Below are positions 18,703-28,557 of a stretch of DNA of 64,000 bases, piece by piece. Every line of letters starts with the position of its first letter. Within the stretch, counting starts at the first letter, position 1. The stretch comes from a virus. Taxonomy: Duplodnaviria; Caudoviricetes. The notes below the pieces were generated by a model. That model was not told where the DNA came from. It saw nothing but the letters and a program-made list of their open reading frames with translations, and searched no databases. A program made the position numbers and the translations under genes. The stretch covers positions 11,398 to 75,397 of the IMG/VR virus record IMGVR_UViG_3300022555_000043. One strand, 5' to 3'.

Positions 18703-19193
18703 ACATACCTTCTTCGACATTCGATATAACCCAGTACACCCATTTGCGATACCATGGCAGCTTCATAATCTCAGCTTTCTGCGGTACGGGTAAGACTGAC
18801 TTCACTATCAACCACCCCCATTCCTCAATAGAACGCGAGTGCTGGAAATATCAAACCCCTGACTTCCCTCGTAATTATGTCCGCGCAATAGAAGTTTTTA
18901 TTGGGGTCAAACAGTTCATATTTATTAGTACAAACCCCTTATCCCTACACAAGCTAAACACTAAGGGTATCCCTGTACTCATGGTACTGCCTGAATTATC
19001 CTTAAAGGCTGAATACCTCGCACGATTTTTGAGGCGCGGAAGCGATATCAACTTTGTGCAAATGCTGGACAGAAATTGGGAATCGTGGCTCACTGAAGCA
19101 TACAACGAAGAAAATAACCTGCATGTTATTTTGGGTAGTGGAGAATATGTTTCCAATATTCTACATCCTATGACTCTTAGGGGGCTATTATGA
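18699..19193 (+). CDS. small P-loop kinase-like protein
   Basis: IISAFCGTGKT Walker A; start reassigned to ATG 18699 (ATGA overlap). Confidence 0.65.
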   Translation: MNIPSSTFDITQYTHLRYHGSFIISAFCGTGKTDFTINHPHSSIERECWKYQTPDFPRNYVRAIEVFIGVKQFIFISTNPLSLHKLNTKGIPVLMVLPELSLKAEYLARFLRRGSDINFVQMLDRNWESWLTEAYNEENNLHVILGSGEYVSNILHPMTLRGLL

Positions 19194-20185
19194 AACTGCC
19201 TAATCCGAAATTCTGGGAAGGGAAGCGGGTACTCGTCACTGGTGCTGAAGGCTTCAAAGGCAGGTGGATGGTTCAATGGCTTAGCAAGCTTGGTGCTATA
19301 GTTGAAACCAATGAAACTATAGATATCTGCGATTACGAAGCCATGAAAAACATCATTTTCAAATTCGACCCCGAAATTGTCATCCATATGGCAGCAGTCA
19401 GTACAGTACAGGAAGCTTTCGAGAATCCTATGGAAGCTATCAGAACCAACGCAATGGGCACAACTACGCTACTGCAAATTCTGAAAATCCACAATATGTG
19501 GAGTAGTGTGAAAGCCATCGTCAATGTAACAACCGATAAAGTATATCATGTTGTTGGGGCAGAACGAGGGTGTGAAGAAACCGATCCTTTGGGCGGTTTG
19601 GAAATGTATGCTGTAAGCAAAGTCTGTTCCGAACATATCAGCAAGGTGTACCAGAAAACATTTAAGTTACCTATCGTCACTGTCCGGGCTGGAAATGTAA
19701 TCGGGGGTGGGGATTTTAAGCGTTCCAGAATAATTCCTAACTACTATTTTGCCCAATTGGAAAACACCCCTCTGGAAATCAATGCCACAGCTATCCGTCC
19801 TTGGCAATACATACTGGATTGCTTATGCGGCTATTTGCTGTTGTGCGAAAAATTATATAATAACGACGCCTATACAGGCGCGTGGAATTTTGCATCCAAT
19901 GAATTCGAAAGCCGTTCTGTAGAATGGATTGTTAAAGAAATGAACAAATATTTTGATCATCCTATAGATATTGCCCGTATCAATTCCAGATTATATTATG
20001 AAACCAACACTCTTAAATTGAACAGCAGAAAGTCTCACGATGTGTTGCAGTGGACACCCAAATATGATATGCAGGAAATGGTGCGCCGAACGGCAGAGTG
20101 GTACAGAAATTACATGATGGGGCATAGTGCAGAAGCCTTGAATGAATTCGAAATCAATGCTTATATGAATGAGGGGCAGGAATGA
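19190..20185 (+). CDS. rfbG: CDP-glucose 4,6-dehydratase
   Basis: FWEGKRVLVTGAEGFKGRW, TTDKVY, YAVSK, RAGNVIGGGD and RPWQY motifs. Confidence 0.9.
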   Translation: MKLPNPKFWEGKRVLVTGAEGFKGRWMVQWLSKLGAIVETNETIDICDYEAMKNIIFKFDPEIVIHMAAVSTVQEAFENPMEAIRTNAMGTTTLLQILKIHNMWSSVKAIVNVTTDKVYHVVGAERGCEETDPLGGLEMYAVSKVCSEHISKVYQKTFKLPIVTVRAGNVIGGGDFKRSRIIPNYYFAQLENTPLEINATAIRPWQYILDCLCGYLLLCEKLYNNDAYTGAWNFASNEFESRSVEWIVKEMNKYFDHPIDIARINSRLYYETNTLKLNSRKSHDVLQWTPKYDMQEMVRRTAEWYRNYMMGHSAEALNEFEINAYMNEGQE

Positions 20186-21966
20186 AAATCGCGGAATACA
20201 TCGCCCAAAAACTTCATGAATTAGGGATCACTCAAGTATTCTCCGTTGTTGGTGGGGGAGCGATGCATCTCAATGATGCTTTCGCCAATACTTCGGGGAT
20301 CAATGTCACCTATATGCACCATGAACAGGCATGCTCCATTGCCGCAGAGGGCTATCAGAGAGCCAGTGGCAAGACAGCCTGTGTAGTGGTGACTACAGGC
20401 CCGGGCGGATTGAATACCCTTACGGGGGTTATGGGACAATGGACAGATTCTATCCCAGTCATTTATGTATCGGGACAAGTGAATGAACTTACCACTGTCG
20501 AGGGCACAGGTCGGAGAGAACTGCGCCAACTGGGTGATCAGGAAGTCCATATAATTGATGTAGTCAAACCGTTGACTAAGATGGCTAAAACCTTAGAGAA
20601 TGATAAATATCTTGAATGGAATATTGAGAAGGCATGGTGGTCAGCACATGCTGGGCGACCCGGGCCTGTTTGGTTGAACGTCCCATTAAATGTACAGGGT
20701 GCGGAATTCAAACCTGCCAGTATCCATTATGAACCGCTCCCTCCCAAAGACATGCCGAACGAACATATCGAATTCATTCTTAGTATGATCAACAAAGCAA
20801 AAAGACCATTGATTATAGCGGGGCATGGAATACGGATAGCCAAAGCCTGCGCCGCATTTAAAAGTTTCGCATCCTTTGCAAATATACCTGTCGTTACTAC
20901 ATTTAATGGATTTGATCTGTTGACATCCAAACATTGGTGCCACATGGGTAACATCACCAACTTAGGTCATCGTGCTGCCAATTTCATATTGCAGAATGCT
21001 GATGTCATTCTCATTCTTGGAAGCCGAAACAACATTCGGCAAGTCAGTTACAAATGGGAAAACTTCGCTCCCAATGCTATTAAGATGTGCATTGATATAG
21101 ATAATTGGGAATTGCAAAAACCCACCATCCATATACAACATCAATTTCATGCCGATGTGAAATCTTTCTTGACTGGGGCATTAAACCATATGTTCCTGCA
21201 ACCTTTAGCCAAACATACAGAATGGTTGGCATGGTGCCAGAAGCTCAAAGAAAAATACCCCATCATGCAAAAGAAGTTTTCCGATGATTCGGATGGGATC
21301 AACTTGTACACTTTTTTCAATAAAGCTACCAAGAATATAAAACCTCTTACGATTGGGGTGGCAGGAAATGGTAGTGCCTGTGTAGGGTTATTCCAAGCAG
21401 GCGTGGTTACAAATGCATCCCGCTACTTCTGGAATTCTGGTTGTGCTGCAATGGGGTATGCACTTCCTGCAGCAATAGGGGCATCTATAGCAACGAAGCG
21501 TCCTGTGTGGTGTTTCGATGGAGATGGTAGTTTTCAACTCAATATTCAGGAACTCCAAACCATTGTCCAGCATAAACTGAACGTTACCATATTCTATCTC
21601 AATAATGACGGCTTTTCTTCGATCAAACAAACCCAAGATAATTTCTTTCATAGACGCGCAGGCTGCGATCCTGCTAGTGGGATTACATTTCCTCGTTTGG
21701 AAAGTATTGCCCAAGCTTACGGCATTACGTATATTAAATTGTACAACCATAAAGATGTCGCATATTGGACAAAAATGGACATAAAAGGCCCGATTATCTT
21801 TGAAGTAATGCTCCAAAAGGACTATTCTTTCGAGCCTAAACTAGCACCAAAGATGCTGGAAGATGGTACGATAGTAGCTCCATCATTCGAAAACATGTAC
21901 CCGTTTCTTCCCCAAGAAGAAATTGACGCGAATATGATAGGAGGGAAGAATGAAAAACCCGTTTGA
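20182..21966 (+). CDS. thiamine-diphosphate-dependent carboligase (ALS-like, YerE-like)
   Basis: HHEQA, TTGPGGLN and the GDGSFQLNIQEL...NN ThDP motif. Confidence 0.88.
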   Translation: MKIAEYIAQKLHELGITQVFSVVGGGAMHLNDAFANTSGINVTYMHHEQACSIAAEGYQRASGKTACVVVTTGPGGLNTLTGVMGQWTDSIPVIYVSGQVNELTTVEGTGRRELRQLGDQEVHIIDVVKPLTKMAKTLENDKYLEWNIEKAWWSAHAGRPGPVWLNVPLNVQGAEFKPASIHYEPLPPKDMPNEHIEFILSMINKAKRPLIIAGHGIRIAKACAAFKSFASFANIPVVTTFNGFDLLTSKHWCHMGNITNLGHRAANFILQNADVILILGSRNNIRQVSYKWENFAPNAIKMCIDIDNWELQKPTIHIQHQFHADVKSFLTGALNHMFLQPLAKHTEWLAWCQKLKEKYPIMQKKFSDDSDGINLYTFFNKATKNIKPLTIGVAGNGSACVGLFQAGVVTNASRYFWNSGCAAMGYALPAAIGASIATKRPVWCFDGDGSFQLNIQELQTIVQHKLNVTIFYLNNDGFSSIKQTQDNFFHRRAGCDPASGITFPRLESIAQAYGITYIKLYNHKDVAYWTKMDIKGPIIFEVMLQKDYSFEPKLAPKMLEDGTIVAPSFENMYPFLPQEEIDANMIGGKNEKPV

Positions 21967-23038
21967 AAACCTCTTTGTGTTGGAAATGGCAAACAACCAT
22001 CTTGGTAGTGTAGAACGAGGACTGGCTATCATCAATCAATTCGCCCCCATCATTCACTACAACAATGTCAAAGCCGCCATCAAACTTCAATTCAGGGATG
22101 TAGATCATTTCGTTCATGAAAAATTCAAGGGTAACAAAGATATTCGATACATCAAGAAAACGGAAGATACCCGACTCACCACAGCAGAATACGGTACTTT
22201 GGTACAGGCTATTCGAAGGGTCGGGGCAATCCCTATGGCAACCCCATTTGATGAAAATTCCGTTGATCTGTGCGTGTCTTTGGGAATGGATATCATCAAG
22301 ATCGCCAGTTCCGATATCAACGACTGGTTCCTGCTCAAGAAAATAGCTTCAACACGGTTACCTGTTATAGTGTCTACGGGTGGAGCTTCGGAAAAAGACC
22401 TTGATGCGATAGTAGATTTCTTCGATAACCGTAGCATTCCCATTGCCATCAACCACTGCGTTTCGCTCTATCCTTCGGAAGATTGGGAATTGGACTTGGA
22501 TCAGATCGACTATCTCAAACAGCGGCATCCCGGGCATGTTATTGGCCTATCCACCCATGAATACCATGATTGGGCGGCTTCCATGTTGATTTCCTATGCC
22601 AAGGGTGCCCGTACATGGGAACGGCATGTTGACATTATTACCGATGATGTCACACCCTCTCCCTATTGTTCCATGCCTGCGCAGATAGATGTATGGTTCA
22701 AGGCTTTCCATAAAGCTAGGGAAATGTGTGGTGGGAAAAATATATCCCGGCGTTTCATCCCACAAAAGGAAACGAAGTATCTGGATGCTTTAGTTCGTGG
22801 TGTTTACGCGAAACGGGACTTGGAACCCGGATATGAATTCTCCAATGAAAAAATGACCGATGATTTCTACTTGGCAATTCCCTTGCTGAAAGGTCAGCTT
22901 TCCTGTAGGGAGTTGGTCAATAATGAAGTCTTAGTCAATCCTATCAAAGCCAATGAACCCCTCATGCTTGGACATGTGGGGGGTGTGTATCGAGACAACG
23001 AGCAACTTAGGGCACTAATAATGCAAAGGGGACTCTAA
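21950..23038 (+). CDS. NeuB/PseI-family PEP-dependent ulosonate synthase
   Basis: EMANNH, ATPFD, KIASSD, STGG, HCVSLYP, GLSTHE and ERH motifs; C-terminal SAF-like RGVYAKRDL. Confidence 0.88.
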   Translation: MKNPFENLFVLEMANNHLGSVERGLAIINQFAPIIHYNNVKAAIKLQFRDVDHFVHEKFKGNKDIRYIKKTEDTRLTTAEYGTLVQAIRRVGAIPMATPFDENSVDLCVSLGMDIIKIASSDINDWFLLKKIASTRLPVIVSTGGASEKDLDAIVDFFDNRSIPIAINHCVSLYPSEDWELDLDQIDYLKQRHPGHVIGLSTHEYHDWAASMLISYAKGARTWERHVDIITDDVTPSPYCSMPAQIDVWFKAFHKAREMCGGKNISRRFIPQKETKYLDALVRGVYAKRDLEPGYEFSNEKMTDDFYLAIPLLKGQLSCRELVNNEVLVNPIKANEPLMLGHVGGVYRDNEQLRALIMQRGL

Positions 23039-23709
23039 TGCGGACACTTATTCTTGGTGGAACAGGAGACATCGGCAGTAGTATTTGTTCTAAACTCGAA
23101 ACCTTTCTTGGTGCGGATATCCAAGCCGTAGGCAGCGCAGATTTTCGCCTACAGGAGCCTTCAGAGATAGAAAGCTTTTTCAATAAAAACGGCAACGATT
23201 TCGACACCATTATTCATGCAGCAGGCTATAACAAGGTGCTTCCCATTGAAGATATCGATTATTTTGAATTCCAGTATTCTTGGGAAGCCAACGTACTCGG
23301 ATTCTTGCAGACTGTACAAAAATGCCTCCCCTACTGGAAACAACGCAAACATGGACGCATTATAGTTATCGGTTCTTTATATAGCGAGATTGCGCGAAAG
23401 AACCGCTTACCTTATGTCATGGCGAAGCATTCATTATTCGGGGCTGTACAGGAACTGGCTTTGGAATTGGCCCCTTATGGGGTAACAGTTAATATGGTAT
23501 CCCCGGGATATATTGACACTGGACTGACACGCCAGAATAACGATCCCGAAACCTTAGCGGATATTATCTCTCGCATCCCTTTAAAGCGACTGGGAACCCC
23601 GGAAGATATTGCCGAAGTAGTTGCTTTTCTAGCCTACAATGGATATTATATCACAGGACAGAATATCGTTGTAGACGGTGGCTATTCAGCCGGGGGTTTC
23701 CAGAAATGA
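23038..23709 (+). CDS. short-chain dehydrogenase/reductase
   Basis: GGTGDIG, YVMAK, VNMVSPG and ITGQNIVVDGG motifs. Confidence 0.9.
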   Translation: MRTLILGGTGDIGSSICSKLETFLGADIQAVGSADFRLQEPSEIESFFNKNGNDFDTIIHAAGYNKVLPIEDIDYFEFQYSWEANVLGFLQTVQKCLPYWKQRKHGRIIVIGSLYSEIARKNRLPYVMAKHSLFGAVQELALELAPYGVTVNMVSPGYIDTGLTRQNNDPETLADIISRIPLKRLGTPEDIAEVVAFLAYNGYYITGQNIVVDGGYSAGGFQK

Positions 23710-24851
23710 CGTTTCAAGTGGATGATGTAGAGTTCCCGGTAGACCATGATTGCCTCAGTCCCATTGCATCCATTCCAAAAGAATACAAGGTGCAAATACT
23801 CCCTATTCAAAACATGATTCCGCGAATTACTACAGACATAATTTCTCGCGCCCACCCCGTCATTCTGGTTGATTCTTTCATCTACGATAGATATAATACC
23901 TTACTACCTTTCGATAAAATCCCCACGTTCCTTATAGAATCAAAGGAACAGAATAAAAATCTCGATTCGGTGTTGGACATCATGCATTTCTTCAATAAAC
24001 ATAAGGTGACCAAGGGATCAACTGTATACGTCATTGGCGGGGGTATCACTCAAGACCTTGGAGCATTTGCATGTGCTATTTACAAACGAGGTATTCCGTG
24101 GGTGTTTGTACCCACCACCTTGCTTTCCCAAACAGACAGTTGCATTGGTGGCAAAACAGCCCTCAATATTGGGGCTAACAAAAATCTACTGGGCCTGTTT
24201 TCCGCCCCTTCAGAAGTGATTATCTGCCCATATTTTTTAGACACACTACCTATGAATGCCATATACTCAGGTTTAGGAGAAGCTTTCCGACTGAGTATTA
24301 CGGGAGGATATGAACTTTTTAAAATGTTTGACCGACACGCCAGATATGTGATAAAAGAAACTGATTTTGTTGCTCTGGAACGCATTATTTCATATGCATT
24401 ATCTGTCAAGAAATCCATCATTGAATATGACGAATTTGAAACAAACGTTCGTAAAGTAATGAATTACGGGCACACAATCGGTCATGCTCTGGAAGCCGCA
24501 ACTCGATATGAAATTCCCCACGGTATTGCTGTGACAATAGGCATTATGGTAGAAACAGAATTGAGTACCAGATTAAAACAGTGCCCTTCTAATCATCAAG
24601 ACATGATCATTGAACTGGGTTGTGCCCTCGTTCCCGAACAAAAAACGAACATGTTACGAACTATTACAGCGGATATGCTGGTTCCGTTTATTCTCCAAGA
24701 CAAAAAAGCTGTCGGAAGTATTATCAAAATGCCTATGTTTTATGGATTCGGAGAAATGCATATTGATGATGTAGAATTTAATGAGGCCACAATGATTGAA
24801 TTACGCCAAGCATGGAATTATGTTTTGTGCCGTTTAGGAGTGCCGGAATGA
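23706..24851 (+). CDS. 3-dehydroquinate-synthase-like sugar-phosphate cyclase
   Basis: GGGITQDLGAF, PTTLLSQTDSCIGGKT, NYGHTIGHALE and HGIAV motifs. Confidence 0.85.
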   Translation: MTFQVDDVEFPVDHDCLSPIASIPKEYKVQILPIQNMIPRITTDIISRAHPVILVDSFIYDRYNTLLPFDKIPTFLIESKEQNKNLDSVLDIMHFFNKHKVTKGSTVYVIGGGITQDLGAFACAIYKRGIPWVFVPTTLLSQTDSCIGGKTALNIGANKNLLGLFSAPSEVIICPYFLDTLPMNAIYSGLGEAFRLSITGGYELFKMFDRHARYVIKETDFVALERIISYALSVKKSIIEYDEFETNVRKVMNYGHTIGHALEAATRYEIPHGIAVTIGIMVETELSTRLKQCPSNHQDMIIELGCALVPEQKTNMLRTITADMLVPFILQDKKAVGSIIKMPMFYGFGEMHIDDVEFNEATMIELRQAWNYVLCRLGVPE

Positions 24852-26077
24852 ATGTATTATTGTTGGATTTGGGCGCTAGTAGAATCAAAGCCTGCTTGTA
24901 TTCCGCACATAAAGAAGAAATACACATGTCTTGCGAATTTGAGACTCCTCAACCTATGTACCTTCCTAAAGGTAAAGTCGAGGTAGACCCTTATGCATAC
25001 ATCCCTATTTTAAATGCTATTATAGAACAGGCACAACCATTTGGCATAGATCGAATGTGGTTGTGTTCCGAAATGCACGGAGTAATTCTTTTGGATGGCG
25101 ACAACCATCCCATTACCAACTACATCAGTTGGAAAGATTCTCGTGGTTCCACTAAAGGAATCGACGCATCCATATTTAAAAACATAACTGGAATGACCGT
25201 ACATCAAGGATTACCAATTCTCACAATAAGGTATATGTGCAAACATAAACAGCTACCCGAAACATTCCGTATGTGTTCTTTAATTGACTGGTTGTTGATT
25301 GAATATGGTAATGATGTAGCTGCAGCAAATGCTACTATGCTATTAGGCACAGGATTGTACGGGCTACACTCACAGGCGTATGCCCCATATCTATTCCACA
25401 TGATGGGCATTAAATGTAGTCAGATCAAATCCTCTCCCATAGTCCCTCTTGGCACTCGTCTAGGATTGATTCGCGGAATTCCTGTTTATGGTGGTATAGG
25501 AGATTTGCAAGCCGCAATTGCTGGATCAGTGCAAATAAATCATAACATCCTTATTAACTTGGGAACAGGATCGCAAATCATAACGCCTCAGCAGATAGGC
25601 TCTCCTTTTACGGAACTTCGCCTTGGTGCGAGAAATGAATGTTTTTCCGCAATCACGCACATTCCTTGTGGAAGAGCATTAAATGTTTTCGCTAAGTTCA
25701 TAGGGGAAGAATTATTTTGGAAATGTATGCCTGACTTGGAACCGAAGAATATTTTAGCCGCTAGTATAGGAGTAGGTTTGGATGTTGGTTCTGGGCAGGG
25801 TGTCATATATCATATCAAGGAAGGAGAATTTAATCTCAATAATCTCATGCATGGTATTGCATTAAGTTGGCTAAAGCAATATACTGATCGAATAGAGACA
25901 GTTGACCCCTTGTGTCAATGCCCAACTATATATGTGGCAGGAGGTCTAAGCCGCAAATTACCATTTGTGGTTCCTGTGTTGGAAGCATTAACGAATAGGC
26001 AGGTTGGTTTAGTGCGCCCAATGACTGGCGAAGAAACCCTTGATGGTCTGCTGTTTTTGGCAAAGGAGAATATGTGA
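24848..26077 (+). CDS. FGGY-family carbohydrate kinase
   Basis: LDLGASRIKA, SEMHG, ISWKDSR, GDLQAA and NLGTGSQ motifs; start reassigned to ATG 24848. Confidence 0.8.
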   Translation: MNVLLLDLGASRIKACLYSAHKEEIHMSCEFETPQPMYLPKGKVEVDPYAYIPILNAIIEQAQPFGIDRMWLCSEMHGVILLDGDNHPITNYISWKDSRGSTKGIDASIFKNITGMTVHQGLPILTIRYMCKHKQLPETFRMCSLIDWLLIEYGNDVAAANATMLLGTGLYGLHSQAYAPYLFHMMGIKCSQIKSSPIVPLGTRLGLIRGIPVYGGIGDLQAAIAGSVQINHNILINLGTGSQIITPQQIGSPFTELRLGARNECFSAITHIPCGRALNVFAKFIGEELFWKCMPDLEPKNILAASIGVGLDVGSGQGVIYHIKEGEFNLNNLMHGIALSWLKQYTDRIETVDPLCQCPTIYVAGGLSRKLPFVVPVLEALTNRQVGLVRPMTGEETLDGLLFLAKENM

Positions 26078-26727
26078 ATTACCGATTGTATATCAAAACT
26101 ATGTTTTCCGTCATCAAAGCATACGGTGTAAACATTCCGATAATGGATAAAGCAGGAGTAGGATATGGGCATTTGGAAGCCATAACCTATGACTACAAAT
26201 ATAGTCGCCCGTGGCTACCAAAATTGCTGGGCGATTGGAGAAGGGCAAACCCTTCATTATCAGCCAGTCAATTCGAAATCACCGAAGCCAACACGACAGC
26301 ATGGTTGGATAAACTTGTACTGTTCCGACCTGACCGAATCCTGTTCATGATCATTGATAATGAAGGAAACCAGATAGGGCATATAGGATACTCCTCATTT
26401 GATTTCGAACATGGAACTGCCGAAATAGATTGTGTTCTAAGGGGTCAGAAAACCCCATATCCTATGATGACGTATGCACTGGACTGTTTAATAAAATATG
26501 GATATGATAAACTAAAATTGAGGATCATCAATCTTTCGACAATGGCAGACAATACAAAATCTACACAACTCTACCAACGATGCGGTTTCAAAATCATGAG
26601 GGACATCCCTTTATTCAAGCACACACTTCCGACAGGGGAGATTCGTTGGGACGAAGACCTTACAAAAAATTCAAGCGAAACAGATAAATGGGGTGTATAC
26701 ATGTGCCATATTAAGGAGTCAACATGA
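26074..26727 (+). CDS. GNAT N-acetyltransferase
   Basis: IGHIG...AEIDCVLRG...NTKSTQLYQRCGF. Confidence 0.8.
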   Translation: MNYRLYIKTMFSVIKAYGVNIPIMDKAGVGYGHLEAITYDYKYSRPWLPKLLGDWRRANPSLSASQFEITEANTTAWLDKLVLFRPDRILFMIIDNEGNQIGHIGYSSFDFEHGTAEIDCVLRGQKTPYPMMTYALDCLIKYGYDKLKLRIINLSTMADNTKSTQLYQRCGFKIMRDIPLFKHTLPTGEIRWDEDLTKNSSETDKWGVYMCHIKEST

Positions 26728-27836
26728 ACAAGAAGATCAGTTTTGCAGGCCCATGGATTACCGACAAAGAGATAGACTTCGTACTGGAAGCTGCCCGGGA
26801 CGGGCATTACGAAATCTTCGACAAGTACATCAAGAATTTCGAAGCGGAAGCCCGAAAGTATTTTGGTGTCAAGTATGCCATAGGCACCCACTGCGCAACA
26901 CATGCCCTGCATCTTGCCTGTGCCGCTATTGGATTGAAGAAGGGCGATGAAGTGATTGTCACCGATCACAGTTGGTCGGCCACAGCCTTTGCCGTCACCT
27001 ATACGGGTGCTACCTGCATCTTTGTGGATATTGATCCTGTCACACTGTGTATCTCCCCTGACGCTATCGAAGCGGCAATTACTCCCCAAACCAAAGCTAT
27101 CATGATGGTACACAATTTCGGAGTTCCTGCAGATATGGTGGAAATCATGTCTATTGCACAGAAATACAACCTTCGTGTCATCGAAGATGCCGCGCCCGCA
27201 TTAGGTTCCTTGTACTACGGTCAAAAATGCGGAACCATTGGAGATGTCGGCTGCATCAGTTTCCAAGGAGCGAAAATAGCGATCAGCCAAGAAGGTGGCC
27301 TGCTCATCACCAATAATAAGGAAATCTATGATCGTGCATTGCTTCTTTCTTCTATGGGACGCACAGACAGCGAAGCCCCTTTCTGGTGCGATGAAGTAGG
27401 ATTTCAGTATACCATTGGGAGCCTTCCTTCCGCTATGGCAACCATCCAGTTACAGCGGATTGACGAATTGATTGACAACAAACGCAAAATCTATTCGTGG
27501 TACAAAGCTCGTTTGGAAGATAGCATATATTGCCATATGGTGCATGAAAAACCGGGAACCTTTGCCAACTACACGTATCCTTCCATCTGGCTGTATGATC
27601 ATGTCGGAAAATCCAATACGCGAATCATTGCCGAATTGAAAACCCTGAATGTCCATTGCAGGCCGGGATTCCCCCCTATGAGCCGCTTCCCAATGTACAA
27701 AGACGATCAGCGGTTTGAAAACCCCGTAGCCTACAAATTCTGGAAACGTGGAATTGTGCTTCCTGCAGCGCACAACCTTGTCAGGGAAGACATTGATTTT
27801 GTCTGTGATAACCTTAACCGTATTGTAAGGGGGTGA
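26724..27836 (+). CDS. DegT/DnrJ/EryC1/StrS sugar aminotransferase
   Basis: IEDAAPALGS and SFQGAK with the PLP Lys intact. Confidence 0.9.
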   Translation: MNKKISFAGPWITDKEIDFVLEAARDGHYEIFDKYIKNFEAEARKYFGVKYAIGTHCATHALHLACAAIGLKKGDEVIVTDHSWSATAFAVTYTGATCIFVDIDPVTLCISPDAIEAAITPQTKAIMMVHNFGVPADMVEIMSIAQKYNLRVIEDAAPALGSLYYGQKCGTIGDVGCISFQGAKIAISQEGGLLITNNKEIYDRALLLSSMGRTDSEAPFWCDEVGFQYTIGSLPSAMATIQLQRIDELIDNKRKIYSWYKARLEDSIYCHMVHEKPGTFANYTYPSIWLYDHVGKSNTRIIAELKTLNVHCRPGFPPMSRFPMYKDDQRFENPVAYKFWKRGIVLPAAHNLVREDIDFVCDNLNRIVRG

Positions 27837-27837
27837 T

Positions 27838-28554
27838 ATGACCTACAACTTCCGCATCTACATCTCATTTGCCAGAAATATGGAACTGCTGAACAAATGC
27901 ATTGATTCCGTAGTTCCCCAAATAAGGGAATTTTCTACATGGAAAGGTAAGAAAATCGTAGTGATCAATGATTCCGGGGAAGACATCCGTGGACAATGCC
28001 ACTTTCCCGATGAAGTTGAAATCTACGAAATGCCCTATCGAATCAAACTCAGTCCCGCCATTATGGGAGATTGGGTTGTAAAGGATGCCTTCTACACCAA
28101 TCAGCCGTTCGCCATGACCCTACATACCGATGCCGAACTGTTGCCCGGAGCAATGAAGGATATCCTCGATAAAGCCAAGGAGATAGAAGGAACCAAATGG
28201 GGAATGCTCTTCGGTGGTGCTGGATGGCAAGTATTCGCCCTTTATAACCCACGCTTCTTTGTGGATGAAAATGTCTGGCATGATCCCTATCTCTTCCCTT
28301 TCTACTATCAGGATAACCACCTCTACAGGATCATGACCCTGAGAGGGTGGTATGTAACACAATCTGATTCAAAAATCCCCACTATTATCCACAAAAGTAG
28401 CCATTATCTCAAAGAAGACCCTATCTTTAAACGCAAAAATGATATAGCATTCCCAGCACATGGTTGGATTTACGCACAGATTTGGGGAGGCTTGCCCGGG
28501 TATGAAACATCTGTCGATCCCTACGCAGCGGGCACGTTGCCGAAAAAGGTCTGA
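27838..28554 (+). CDS. putative GT-A fold glycosyltransferase (GT2-like)
   Basis: LLNKCIDSV, VVINDS, LHTDAE and FYYQDN motifs; cluster context; no TM segment. Confidence 0.6.
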   Translation: MTYNFRIYISFARNMELLNKCIDSVVPQIREFSTWKGKKIVVINDSGEDIRGQCHFPDEVEIYEMPYRIKLSPAIMGDWVVKDAFYTNQPFAMTLHTDAELLPGAMKDILDKAKEIEGTKWGMLFGGAGWQVFALYNPRFFVDENVWHDPYLFPFYYQDNHLYRIMTLRGWYVTQSDSKIPTIIHKSSHYLKEDPIFKRKNDIAFPAHGWIYAQIWGGLPGYETSVDPYAAGTLPKKV

Positions 28555-28557
28555 CAC

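Noticed and set aside
23706-24851. Auxiliary shikimate-pathway gene (aroB)
   Set aside because: It is embedded in and coupled to sugar genes with no other aro genes; kept as a cyclase of unknown product.
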